Shown piece by piece: positions 47,703-56,049 of a stretch of 64,000 bases of DNA (the first letter of the stretch is position 1; every line of letters starts with the position of its first letter). Origin of the DNA: a virus. Below the pieces are notes generated by a model that made no database searches, was not told the DNA's origin, and worked only from the letters and a program-made list of their open reading frames with translations. Made by a program: the position numbers and the translations under genes. The DNA lies in IMG/VR virus record IMGVR_UViG_3300045993_000425, positions 32,001 through 96,000 of that record; one strand, written 5' to 3'.

Positions 47703-49004
47703 CTAGCCAGCCTGCCCTGACTGTCCATCGACACCTACCGGCTGACCGGCTTGGTTGAGGACAGTCTGGGTCTTGTGGGAGCATCCCTGCTGCCTAGATG
47801 AGGTAGTGTGACCATCTGGGCTAGTGACGGTTCCCGCCCTCTCCTGCACCCAGCCAGCCTTGCCGTCACCGTGCATGACCTTTGACCGGCCATCTCGGAC
47901 ACTTCCTACGGGTAGGTGCAGTTCGTGGCGACCTGTCTTGGTTGGCTTCAGAGGCTTGGAGGCTGACGGCTCATCCTTATGGATCTCCTGGGTAGGGGGA
48001 ACCAGCTTCAGGCCACTGTAATGCTTGGGGTTCCTGAGGATGTTGTGTAGCACCTTGAGGGTAGCCTCATGGTCGTCCACCTTCCCCTTCCCTTGAGCCT
48101 GCTCGTGCCGGAATCCGTTGGCGAACTCGTCCCAGTCGATGGGTGGTTCTGCCTTGAATAGGCGACCGAATACATTAGCCACCTTGTCACCATAGGTCCT
48201 CCTCACCCGGCCGTTCCAAGCTGACTTCTGTACCGGCTGACCCTGCTGCCCGCCACCTAGCTGCTGGGCGAGGGCGACGACTGCCTGCGTCATAGCCATG
48301 ACTGCCTGGTAGGCTCCCGGGTTCTGCTTCTTCATCTCCTCGAGCCCAGGAAGCTGCTTCTTGACATCGGCCAGGACCTGACCCACCGCCTGGAGGAGCT
48401 GCTGATTGCTAGGCTTGCCACCCTGAGCTGGAGCTCCCTGCTGACCAGGAGGGGCAGCATCGCTGGGGCTGGGAGGACTCGGAGGGCTAGGTTCGGCTGC
48501 TGTCGCTGAGAGCTGTCCTTGCTGGATCTTGGTCGCCTCGCCACCCGAAGGCTGACCATCCGCCTTCGTCAACCCATCCTTGCTCTTCTCGTCAAAGATC
48601 GACTCGTGGCTCACCTCCTGGTTCTTTCGGTCCTCATCAGCTACGGAAGGCGTAAAGAGGACAACGGCTGGGTCCCCGCCACGATTTCTGGCCACCCTGA
48701 GAGCAATTGCGGCTTCCCTTAGGTCTGCTCCCACTCCACAGGCTAGGCTGTCGCCTGTAGTCTCTCCCGCTTGAGTCAAGACAACTAGAAGCTCATCGAG
48801 ACGCTCTGCCGGGACGGAAGCCTGAATGTCGCAGCCGTCAGAGCGGATCATCTGCCCGCGACTGGTCAGAACCCAGCTTTCGAGAGTCCGCACTGCTCTC
48901 TCGATTCCCTGGCCCAATCGGCGCACTTGTTCAGTTTCGCTCGCAATCGTGGCATGTTCGAGCTTTCGGTCTACATTTAGATGGCAAGCAATGACGAGGT
49001 CCAT
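47703..49004 (-). CDS. Putative internal head protein with degenerate mCpol-like N-terminal domain
   Basis: 'G.MIRSDGCD..SLACGVGADLREAAIALRVARNRGG' resembles mCpol; LxK(A/S) motifs; Gln/Pro-rich linker. Confidence 0.55.
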   Translation of the reverse strand: MDLVIACHLNVDRKLEHATIASETEQVRRLGQGIERAVRTLESWVLTSRGQMIRSDGCDIQASVPAERLDELLVVLTQAGETTGDSLACGVGADLREAAIALRVARNRGGDPAVVLFTPSVADEDRKNQEVSHESIFDEKSKDGLTKADGQPSGGEATKIQQGQLSATAAEPSPPSPPSPSDAAPPGQQGAPAQGGKPSNQQLLQAVGQVLADVKKQLPGLEEMKKQNPGAYQAVMAMTQAVVALAQQLGGGQQGQPVQKSAWNGRVRRTYGDKVANVFGRLFKAEPPIDWDEFANGFRHEQAQGKGKVDDHEATLKVLHNILRNPKHYSGLKLVPPTQEIHKDEPSASKPLKPTKTGRHELHLPVGSVRDGRSKVMHGDGKAGWVQERAGTVTSPDGHTTSSRQQGCSHKTQTVLNQAGQPVGVDGQSGQAG

Positions 49005-49011
49005 GAGAGCA

Positions 49012-49018
49012 AGATTGC
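49012..49018 (-). promoter_or_regulatory. Putative late promoter motif GCAATCT (leaderless)
   Basis: 7 nt upstream of ATG 49004. Confidence 0.6.
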
Positions 49019-49068
49019 TGCCACGGTGACTCTATGCTAGAATCACCCAAACAGCTGAAAGGGGCACC

Positions 49069-49539
49069 ATGAAGCTTTCAAAGCCAGAAACCGAGAGACG
49101 ACACAAGGCAGTCTTCGACTACTTCACCCAGAACCCATCGGCCACGGGAGAATCTCTCAACAGAGCTTTAACAGACGGGATTCTGACAGGTGCAAAGGAG
49201 CCAGCCCTCAACATCGCCAAGATCTACCAGATACGACGAGAGGCGAGAGCCAAACTGGCCGATGCCATGCGTCCCCCAGGCATGCCCCAGGAGCAGTTCA
49301 TGAATGCCATGCGATTCGACCAGAGCGTTCCACCTGCTCCCATCATCCCTCAGAGTCACTCTGTCGCCCCACCAGCCAGGTCACCGCAGCTGACCGACCA
49401 GGTACGCAAGGGGATCTCCGAGGTGGTGTCAGGGTTTCCGTTCTGCTCGCCAGACATCACCTGGGTCACGATCCGCAGAGACGGAGGTGTCAGCCTTGGT
49501 CGCGTGATCCAGCAGGAGGAGCAGGTGTCTCTGAGTTAG
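49069..49539 (+). CDS. Hypothetical protein
   Basis: After TGCTAGAAT; AAGGGG RBS. Confidence 0.6.
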   Translation: MKLSKPETERRHKAVFDYFTQNPSATGESLNRALTDGILTGAKEPALNIAKIYQIRREARAKLADAMRPPGMPQEQFMNAMRFDQSVPPAPIIPQSHSVAPPARSPQLTDQVRKGISEVVSGFPFCSPDITWVTIRRDGGVSLGRVIQQEEQVSLS

Positions 49540-49922
49540 GACACCAGGAAGTCGTCTGATGGGTGTGCCTTGTAGCGGTATGCCTTCTCAGCACCTTCCC
49601 CCTCTGCGTAGCGACGAACTTCTGTTGGCACTGGGTCATTTGGTTGGTGACCTAGTGCTTTGATGTGAAGCCTGTACATCTCATAGTGCCTCTTGGCATC
49701 GTCTGTGGCTCCACTAGCTGACGCTGCCTTGAGGGACTGAAGGTGATGGGCTGCTCCTCGAGCATGGTGCTCTCGCCGGTACTCATCCAGAGCCATCTTT
49801 TCGGCTGTCTTTCGGTCATGCCCAGCGTGAAACTCATGCACTGCCGCAGCTAGTTCAAGACGCTCTGAGTGCTTGGGGTCGATGAGCTTGTGCCCTCCCC
49901 AGCTAGCTTTAGCTGTCGGCAT
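49536..49922 (-). CDS. His-rich hypothetical protein (late operon)
   Basis: GGAG RBS before MPTAKAS. Confidence 0.6.
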   Translation of the reverse strand: MPTAKASWGGHKLIDPKHSERLELAAAVHEFHAGHDRKTAEKMALDEYRREHHARGAAHHLQSLKAASASGATDDAKRHYEMYRLHIKALGHQPNDPVPTEVRRYAEGEGAEKAYRYKAHPSDDFLVS

Positions 49923-50682
49923 GGCTTGCTCCACCCAGGATGTCGATGAGGACTCGACGGCTCCCTACTGTCCAATCCGGCCCAAATGTCAGGTCAAATC
50001 CGCTCTCCACCTGACGACAGTCTACTGACTTGGCTAGGGCCCTCAGGCAGTAGCAGCCTGTGAAGTCGCCCTTCTTGAAGCTCTTCGACTCACAGACAGT
50101 GCAGATGCTCTCAGCTTGAGCCTTGGTGACGTGAAGGCTGCTCTGCCCAGTACTCTGCTTGGTACTCTGAGGAGTCTGACCAGGCTGGGCCGCTTTGGTT
50201 CGACGGCTCTGGATTTCTGGCCCCTTTGGTTCGATGGGCCCATGAGGAGCAGCTACAGCTCCAGACTCCTGGGCAGCCTTTAGCATCTGAACCAATCGAG
50301 ACTTGCATAGTAAATCCACAGACTTCCCTAAGCCGACTAGGTCACCGTCTCGGAGCTTGCCGGTTGGGGTAGATCCGCCCAGGACGACCGTCATCGTGGC
50401 TGCTAGCTGGGTCAGGTCAGCGTCAGCGAAGTCGAAGATGTCGTCGTCTAGACCGATGCTCCCCTCGAGCCCACCTTCAGCCTTCCGAAACGCGAGGACA
50501 GACCCCTCGACTCCTGGGATCTGGCCACTGTACTCATGACCACCCACCAGCTCTAGCCAGCCGAGGACTACTCGAGGTCCCAGCCATCCAGCCAAAGCCT
50601 CCGACCGGTCGGTAGCCTTAGAAAGAGCACTAGCAGCATCTGCTCCTAGAACATCAGAAATGAAATCACCAAAGTGGCTCAT
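49909..50682 (-). CDS. Putative head protein with LxK(A/S) motifs and a C-terminal Zn-finger
   Basis: MSHFGDF start; 'CTVC..GCYC'. Confidence 0.55.
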   Translation of the reverse strand: MSHFGDFISDVLGADAASALSKATDRSEALAGWLGPRVVLGWLELVGGHEYSGQIPGVEGSVLAFRKAEGGLEGSIGLDDDIFDFADADLTQLAATMTVVLGGSTPTGKLRDGDLVGLGKSVDLLCKSRLVQMLKAAQESGAVAAPHGPIEPKGPEIQSRRTKAAQPGQTPQSTKQSTGQSSLHVTKAQAESICTVCESKSFKKGDFTGCYCLRALAKSVDCRQVESGFDLTFGPDWTVGSRRVLIDILGGASHADS

Positions 50683-50683
50683 G

Positions 50684-51520
50684 CTATACCTGCTCGTCGA
50701 TGTCGGGGAGTTGCTTCTGCTGCTTCTGCTTGTCTGGTGCCTGGTCATCCGGCGTTTGGGTACGATGGACGTATTCCCGCTGGAGGACAGCCCCGAAACC
50801 AAGCCTTTCCATCCGAACCTCTTCTGGGCTCAGATAGTCTGCGGTCGGATAGAGGCGAAGTTCATGGATTAGTCGCTCGACATAGTAGTAAGGGCGATAC
50901 TGATACCATGCCGTATAGACACTCCCGACATTGGGCCCCTTGCCGTCCCGCCAAGAGAGGTCGCCACTAGCTAGGATGTCGAAGTCGATGTGCTGGAAAT
51001 ACTCTTTCTGGCAGCTATCTATGAGGTGCTCGACCTGCACGATAGCGAACTCAAACTTGTCTGGAGCTCCATCGAGTCGCCTCTTGGTGAGCTCCCAGGT
51101 TCCAGTCAGAAGGTCCTGCTGCTCAAGGTAGAATCGGTCATACGGCTTGATGAGCACCCTCTTGTCGCCATCCGAGTCATAGTAGCGTGGGAAGGTGGCC
51201 ATCACAGTAGAGCCATCAAACCAGCCAAACTCCTGGCGTTTAATCTCAGCGGCGTTGCTCGTCAGGGTGGTCGTCACCCTACCGATTGCCTTGTAGAGGA
51301 ATCCATTCGAGCAGCCAGAGTGGTCCTCGTGGATGCGCCGAACATCAGTCGGGTCGATTAGGCCTACTGGGCAACGCATCGCTCGGTGATGGATGAGAGG
51401 GACACCCTTCCCTCGCACTACGTTGTCGAACGACTCCAGATCCATGCCCATCTGCTCAGATGGCAGCATGATGCCACCATCGAGGACGCCTAGTCTGGGC
51501 TGTTTAGTCGCTGGAGCCAT
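50684..51520 (-). CDS. Putative head-tail adaptor/neck protein
   Basis: 'RAMRCPVG..HSGCSNGFLY', 'KPYDRFYL', 'YQYRPYYYV'. Confidence 0.55.
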   Translation of the reverse strand: MAPATKQPRLGVLDGGIMLPSEQMGMDLESFDNVVRGKGVPLIHHRAMRCPVGLIDPTDVRRIHEDHSGCSNGFLYKAIGRVTTTLTSNAAEIKRQEFGWFDGSTVMATFPRYYDSDGDKRVLIKPYDRFYLEQQDLLTGTWELTKRRLDGAPDKFEFAIVQVEHLIDSCQKEYFQHIDFDILASGDLSWRDGKGPNVGSVYTAWYQYRPYYYVERLIHELRLYPTADYLSPEEVRMERLGFGAVLQREYVHRTQTPDDQAPDKQKQQKQLPDIDEQV

Positions 51521-51525
51521 CTGTA

Positions 51526-51834
51526 TTACTCGCCAGCGATGATCTGATTCATTCGCTCAGTCAGAGCCAGATAGCGGTCGGACACAGAGAGGATGCTCGC
51601 CTCATCTAGCCAGTCACTCTTGCTTAGTTCAGTGATGACGAGGTCTGGCTCCTTCTTCATAGCGAGCCAGCGGCTGACACCACGGTGAGGTCCAGAGCCG
51701 AGGATGGTCGTCTTGCCGTTCGTTTCGGTCACTACCAGATTGAGCCCGCCATGTGTCGTCAGCTCCACGACAGGCTTGCCCTTCAGGGTTCCGATTCGCT
51801 TTTTGGTAGCAATATGCTTGGCTTGGATGTCCAC
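51526..51834 (-). CDS. Hypothetical late protein
   Basis: GTG start with GGAGG RBS. Confidence 0.65.
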   Translation of the reverse strand: MDIQAKHIATKKRIGTLKGKPVVELTTHGGLNLVVTETNGKTTILGSGPHRGVSRWLAMKKEPDLVITELSKSDWLDEASILSVSDRYLALTERMNQIIAGE

Positions 51835-51853
51835 TATGTGCCTCCAGCCTAGA

Positions 51854-51860
51854 AGATTGC
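51854..51860 (-). promoter_or_regulatory. Putative late promoter motif GCAATCT
   Basis: Heads the neck/head unit; back-to-back with TGCTATTGG. Confidence 0.6.
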
Positions 51861-51895
51861 TACGCTGTGCTATTGGACAATGAAAGGAGCATCAA

Positions 51896-52498
51896 GTGAC
51901 CACACAGGCAAAACAACTGACCATCCTCCTCGACATGGACTCAATCGTCGTCGATTTCATGCCGGGGCTTCTGGATGCCTACAACAAGCGGTACGGTCGG
52001 GATGTCACCATCGAGCAGATCATCACCTGGGATGTAGGCAAGTGCGTACCAGATGGGGACCTGATCTACGATGTCATGAGGGAGCCAGGTCTTTTCCTGA
52101 ACCTGAAGCCGGTTCCTGGGGCCCTAGCTGCCATCCAGCGACTCAGCGATGAGGGGCACCGCATCTGCTTGGTCACCTCTGCCTCAGGGACAGCTATGGC
52201 TGAGAAGGAAGCGTGGGTTCGGCAATACATCCCTCTCCTCTTCCACCGGATGATCATCGCTAGGGGGCTGACACCTAAGAGCTTCGTCCAGGGGGATGTC
52301 TTCATCGATGACGCTCCGCACAATATCATCAACTACCGCCACAGCCATCCTACCGCCCTCATCATGGGCATCTGCTACCCGTACACGGTGTCTGCTCTGA
52401 ACTACGCCAACGTCCTCTTCGACTACCGCGACCCCAAAGAGGCCTGGAAGCAGATGGTTGAGCGGATCGAGTGTTTCGCCCGCCAGGAGACTGTCTAG
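51896..52498 (+). CDS. 5'(3')-deoxyribonucleotidase (NT5C, HAD family)
   Basis: 'LDMDSIVVDF', 'LKPVPGA', 'EKEAWV', 'DVFIDD'. Confidence 0.9.
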   Translation: MTTQAKQLTILLDMDSIVVDFMPGLLDAYNKRYGRDVTIEQIITWDVGKCVPDGDLIYDVMREPGLFLNLKPVPGALAAIQRLSDEGHRICLVTSASGTAMAEKEAWVRQYIPLLFHRMIIARGLTPKSFVQGDVFIDDAPHNIINYRHSHPTALIMGICYPYTVSALNYANVLFDYRDPKEAWKQMVERIECFARQETV

Positions 52499-52668
52499 TG
52501 GACTTCACATTTCTGGCACTGGTGAGGCTCGTCCTCTGCTGCCTCTGGGTGGGATTCTGGTACGGTGAGAACCGCTCTGTTCGCCGGGACTCAGAGAGGC
52601 ACCTGATTCTATGGGGCTTTGTCGTCCTTACTGTGTCTGCTGCCACCTTCATCCTAGATAGCCGGTAG
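52498..52668 (+). CDS. Small membrane protein
   Basis: GTG overlapping the previous stop; two hydrophobic segments. Confidence 0.45.
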   Translation: MDFTFLALVRLVLCCLWVGFWYGENRSVRRDSERHLILWGFVVLTVSAATFILDSR

Positions 52669-52676
52669 TATCGGAC

Positions 52677-52705
52677 TTGACTGCCTGACGGGCTTCTGCT
52701 AGTAT
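52677..52705 (+). promoter_or_regulatory. Sigma70-like promoter
   Basis: TTGACT-N17-TAGTAT with TG extension. Confidence 0.7.
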
Positions 52706-52711
52706 CGGTTC

Positions 52712-53857
52712 ATGGAGGAAACACCGATGACAAGCCTTCCGACGCTCTACAAGCTGACCAAGACGGGCGCGGTCCAGCAATGGACCGTCTCCTACGAGGA
52801 CAACAAGGTGATCACCCGCTGGGGTCAGCAGGGTGGAGCCATCCAGACCACATCCGAGGTGGTGACCGGCAAGAACACCGGGAAGTCGAACGAGACGACC
52901 GACACCCAGCAGGCAGCCATCGAGGCTCTTGCTCAGTGGGTCAAGCAGACCAAGAAAGGGTATGTCGAGACGGTCGAGAAGGCGAAGGCTGGCGAGGTCG
53001 GGGATGTGATCAAGGGAGGGATCAACCCGATGCTGGCCGAAAAGTTCAGCGACTTCGGCAACGAGGTGGTGTGGCCAGCTTACGCCCAACCCAAACTGGA
53101 TGGGCACCGCTGCATCGCTGTCATCACCAACAGCAGCGTGACCCTCTGGAGCCGCACTCGCAAGGAGATCCTCTCTGTGCCGCACATCGCAGAGGCTCTT
53201 CGCAGCCACATCGACATACCTGAGGCAGGGAAGCGGATCATCCTCGATGGGGAGTTGTACAACCATTCCTTGAAGAGCGACTTCGAGGAACTGACATCCG
53301 CCATCCGCAAGCAGAAGCCCAGCGAGGCGTCCAAGAAGGTCGTGTACCACATCTATGACTTCCCTACCGCCTTCGGAGGCTTCGGGGAGCGTCATCAGCA
53401 GCTGCTCGACTTGCTTCTCAAGAACGGAATGCCTCCTCGTTGCCTGGTGTCGGTCGCCACCCACAAGGTGCAGAGCGAGGAGACGATGAGAGATTTGTTC
53501 AGTGTCTTCCTCGATGAGGGCTATGAGGGTCTCATGGTCAGGTCTGCCGCCGGTCACTACGAGGAGCGGCGCAGTCGCAACCTGCTCAAGGTCAAGGAGT
53601 TCCAGGACGCTGAGTTCCCTATCATCGGGGTCGAGGAGGGGAAGGGGAAGTTGGCTGGTCATGCCATCTTCGTCTGCAAGACCGACTCTGGTCAGGAGTT
53701 CCGCTGCAAGCTCAAGGGTGAGCAGTCACACCTCAAGAGCTACTTCCTGTGTCCAGAGTTGGTCATCGGTCGGTTGTTGACGGTCAAGTTTCAGGAGCTC
53801 ACCAAGGACGGGATCCCCCGCTTCCCGGTTGGGGAGCGAATCAGAGAGGATGTGTGA
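52712..53857 (+). CDS. lig: ATP-dependent DNA ligase with WGR-like N-terminus
   Basis: 'QPKLDGHRC', 'LDGELY', 'GYEGLMVR', 'LLKVKEFQDAEF', 'PRFPV'. Confidence 0.93.
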   Translation: MEETPMTSLPTLYKLTKTGAVQQWTVSYEDNKVITRWGQQGGAIQTTSEVVTGKNTGKSNETTDTQQAAIEALAQWVKQTKKGYVETVEKAKAGEVGDVIKGGINPMLAEKFSDFGNEVVWPAYAQPKLDGHRCIAVITNSSVTLWSRTRKEILSVPHIAEALRSHIDIPEAGKRIILDGELYNHSLKSDFEELTSAIRKQKPSEASKKVVYHIYDFPTAFGGFGERHQQLLDLLLKNGMPPRCLVSVATHKVQSEETMRDLFSVFLDEGYEGLMVRSAAGHYEERRSRNLLKVKEFQDAEFPIIGVEEGKGKLAGHAIFVCKTDSGQEFRCKLKGEQSHLKSYFLCPELVIGRLLTVKFQELTKDGIPRFPVGERIREDV

Positions 53858-53863
53858 CAATCT
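53857..53863 (+). promoter_or_regulatory. Late-motif variant ACAATCT upstream of the tmRNA
   Basis: 7 nt before tmRNA G1, the same spacing as for the leaderless late genes. Confidence 0.45.
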
Positions 53864-53870
53864 AGAATAC

Positions 53871-54210
53871 GGGCATGTAACGGTATCGATTTCGGGACGA
53901 GAGGATAGAACGCGAGCAGGGCAAGCCTATGGCCCTTCAAACCCAAGGCAACGCAACAACTGCCAACGACAACGTTGAGCAGGCCGCTTACGCTCTCGCA
54001 GCGTAGCGACCCGGAGAACGGTGAGATACCTCTGGTAACCGTCAACTCCGTCAGCACAAGAGGCGCCTAGACTCGGGTCACCGGGGTCCAAGGTAGACAA
54101 ACAGGTGCTGCAAGGTAGCCGAAGACCACGCCTGGAGCCGCCAGGACACGCTCGTAGGGTTCTACCAAACAACCTGAAAGACATGGGTTCGACTCCCATC
54201 ATGTCCACCA
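53871..54210 (+). ncRNA. ssrA: tmRNA
   Basis: Acceptor GGGCATG/CATGTCC-ACCA with G3:U; T-arm ATGGG-TTCGACT-CCCAT; tag ORF 53962-54006 ANDNVEQAAYALAA*. Confidence 0.95.
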
Positions 54211-54373
54211 ACTACCTGATCTCACTCAGGGTTGCGGTAAGTGAGATGGTGGAGGCGGCGAAAGTCGCCCTCCTGGTCAGTATAGAGCCCCTGGCCAGGG
54301 ATGTCTGCGAAGTGGTTCTTATACAGTAGTTTCCACATGCAGCCGGTAGCGCAGTACCGGTTGTGCTTCACCA
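54211..54373 (+). ncRNA. Candidate structured RNA with a pseudoknot
   Basis: Several long stems, a GAAA tetraloop and loop-tail complementarity in a non-coding spacer. Confidence 0.45.
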
Positions 54374-54379
54374 AGATAC

Positions 54380-54464
54380 GGACTGGATGGGCAACTGGTA
54401 GCCCAGCGGGCTGTAAACCCGTCCCCTAACGGGGCAGGAGGTTCGAGTCCTCCCCGGTCCACCA
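54380..54464 (+). tRNA. tRNA-Tyr(GTA)
   Basis: Acceptor GGACTGG/CCGGTCC-ACCA; anticodon arm GCGGG-CTGTAAA-CCCGT; long variable arm; GGAGG-TTCGAGT-CCTCC. Confidence 0.92.
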
Positions 54465-54477
54465 CTGCGAGGGCGAG

Positions 54478-56049
54478 ATGCGACTGATCGAGCAGACGGT
54501 AGAGCTAGAGTGGATCACCCCTGATGCCCTCAAGGTCATCGAGACGGCAGGTCGGGTATCCTACAAGTCGGAAGACCTCATCACCGACACCTCCGCTGCT
54601 GTCTTCGTAAATAAATTGAACCGGCTCGGTCACCACAGCGTCCTGGAGCATGCCTGTGCCTCTGTCAGGGTTGTGACAGATAGAGGTATCTCTCACGAAC
54701 TGGTTCGGCACAGGATTGCCAGTTTCACCCAAGAATGCGTATCTGGAGATACGAAGATCGACAAGAACCTTACGATCAAGGAAGCGTTTGATCGTCGGAA
54801 GCAAGGTCTACGCATCAAGAGCGAGATGGCCGGTCGAATCGTTCCAAATTGGATCGATGAGGTTCTTTACAATGGGAAAGCCCCTGTATACAGGGTTACC
54901 ACCAGGCTTGGCTATTGCATCAAGACGACATTGGCTCATGAGTTCAAGAAATCAGATGGAGAGTTCGTCAGACTCGAGTCACTAACGGTCGGTGACAAGG
55001 TAATGGTCAACGGAAGACCATGCTTGTTAACTATATCTGACGATGCACTAGAGTATGAGTACTTTGGGCTCCACCTGGCTCCGACAGAGATAGCTGAGAA
55101 GTACATGGTTTCTGCTCAGGTGGTTCGGCGGCGGCTCCATAAGCTTGGCATCTTTGAGAAACACATCAACGACAAGAACCCCGACAAGTACAGCAAGAAC
55201 GTCACGCAGTACAGCATTGAGAAGATGAGAGAGGCTATTCTCGATCAGTACTCCAATGGACGAAAGCCTTGGAATCTTGGGCTCACAGAACATGACCACC
55301 CAGGTGTCGCGACACAAGCAGATACACTCCGCACTCATCACTGGGATAATTCCCAACGACCAAACCACGGTCCCGGTATCGTCGATACTGTAGGTCACAT
55401 GAGAGCTCGCGAATTGAAGATCGATGTAACGTCGTGCGAGTTATGCTCTTGCGACACCGACCTACACGTTCATCACATCAACTCACTTCCACATGACAAC
55501 AGAATGGAGAATCTGATCAAGGTATGTGTCAAGTGCCATGCTAGACTTCACTGTGGGTGGTGGTTGGCGGTTGTTGCCCATCCAGATGAAATCGTCTCTA
55601 TCGAACTAGTCGGTGAAGAGGATGTCTACGACCTAAGAATGCGCCCTCCGCTGCACAACTACATAGCAAATGGCTTTGTTGTGCATAATTCCACGAGATA
55701 CGTCTCCTATGCCAAGGAGAAGCATGGGGGAGGCGACATCCGCTTCATCCTCCCTGTCGGCCTGGATGAGTACCAGCAGAGGCTATTTGAGCAGGCCTAT
55801 CGGGACTCTGAGAGGCACTACCTCGAGGCTATCCGGCTTGGCTGCTCTCCCCAGCAGGCGAGAGACATCCTCCCCTGCGGTGTCAAGACAGAACTAGTGA
55901 TAACCGCTAACTTCCGCGAATGGATCCATATCCTTACCCTCAGGACGGACAAAGCTGCCCATCCCAAGATGCGAGTCCTGGCTGGGATGATCAGAGATGT
56001 ACTATCAGAGCAGTGTCCTGTCGTTTTCAAGACTGAGGAGAAGCCGTGA
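54478..56049 (+). CDS. thyX: Flavin-dependent thymidylate synthase with intein
   Basis: 'GHHSVLEH', 'SHELVRHRIASFTQE|STRYV', 'QQARDILP', 'NFREWIH..LR'. Confidence 0.95.
   Translation: MRLIEQTVELEWITPDALKVIETAGRVSYKSEDLITDTSAAVFVNKLNRLGHHSVLEHACASVRVVTDRGISHELVRHRIASFTQECVSGDTKIDKNLTIKEAFDRRKQGLRIKSEMAGRIVPNWIDEVLYNGKAPVYRVTTRLGYCIKTTLAHEFKKSDGEFVRLESLTVGDKVMVNGRPCLLTISDDALEYEYFGLHLAPTEIAEKYMVSAQVVRRRLHKLGIFEKHINDKNPDKYSKNVTQYSIEKMREAILDQYSNGRKPWNLGLTEHDHPGVATQADTLRTHHWDNSQRPNHGPGIVDTVGHMRARELKIDVTSCELCSCDTDLHVHHINSLPHDNRMENLIKVCVKCHARLHCGWWLAVVAHPDEIVSIELVGEEDVYDLRMRPPLHNYIANGFVVHNSTRYVSYAKEKHGGGDIRFILPVGLDEYQQRLFEQAYRDSERHYLEAIRLGCSPQQARDILPCGVKTELVITANFREWIHILTLRTDKAAHPKMRVLAGMIRDVLSEQCPVVFKTEEKP
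54736..55689 (+). mobile_element. Intein (318 aa) with HNH endonuclease
   Basis: C-VSGDTKI...'VYDL..HNYIANGFVVHN'|S; 'CELC..LHVHHI..DNRMENL..CVKCH'. Confidence 0.92.

Noticed and set aside
52649-53662. 337-aa minus-strand ORF
   Set aside because: Antisense shadow of the DNA ligase
54270-54330. HDV-like/theta ribozyme (contains CTGCGAA resembling J4/2)
   Set aside because: No room for the P3/L3 hairpin between the candidate P2 and P1 strands; hammerhead, twister and pistol cores were also not found; kept as an unclassified RNA
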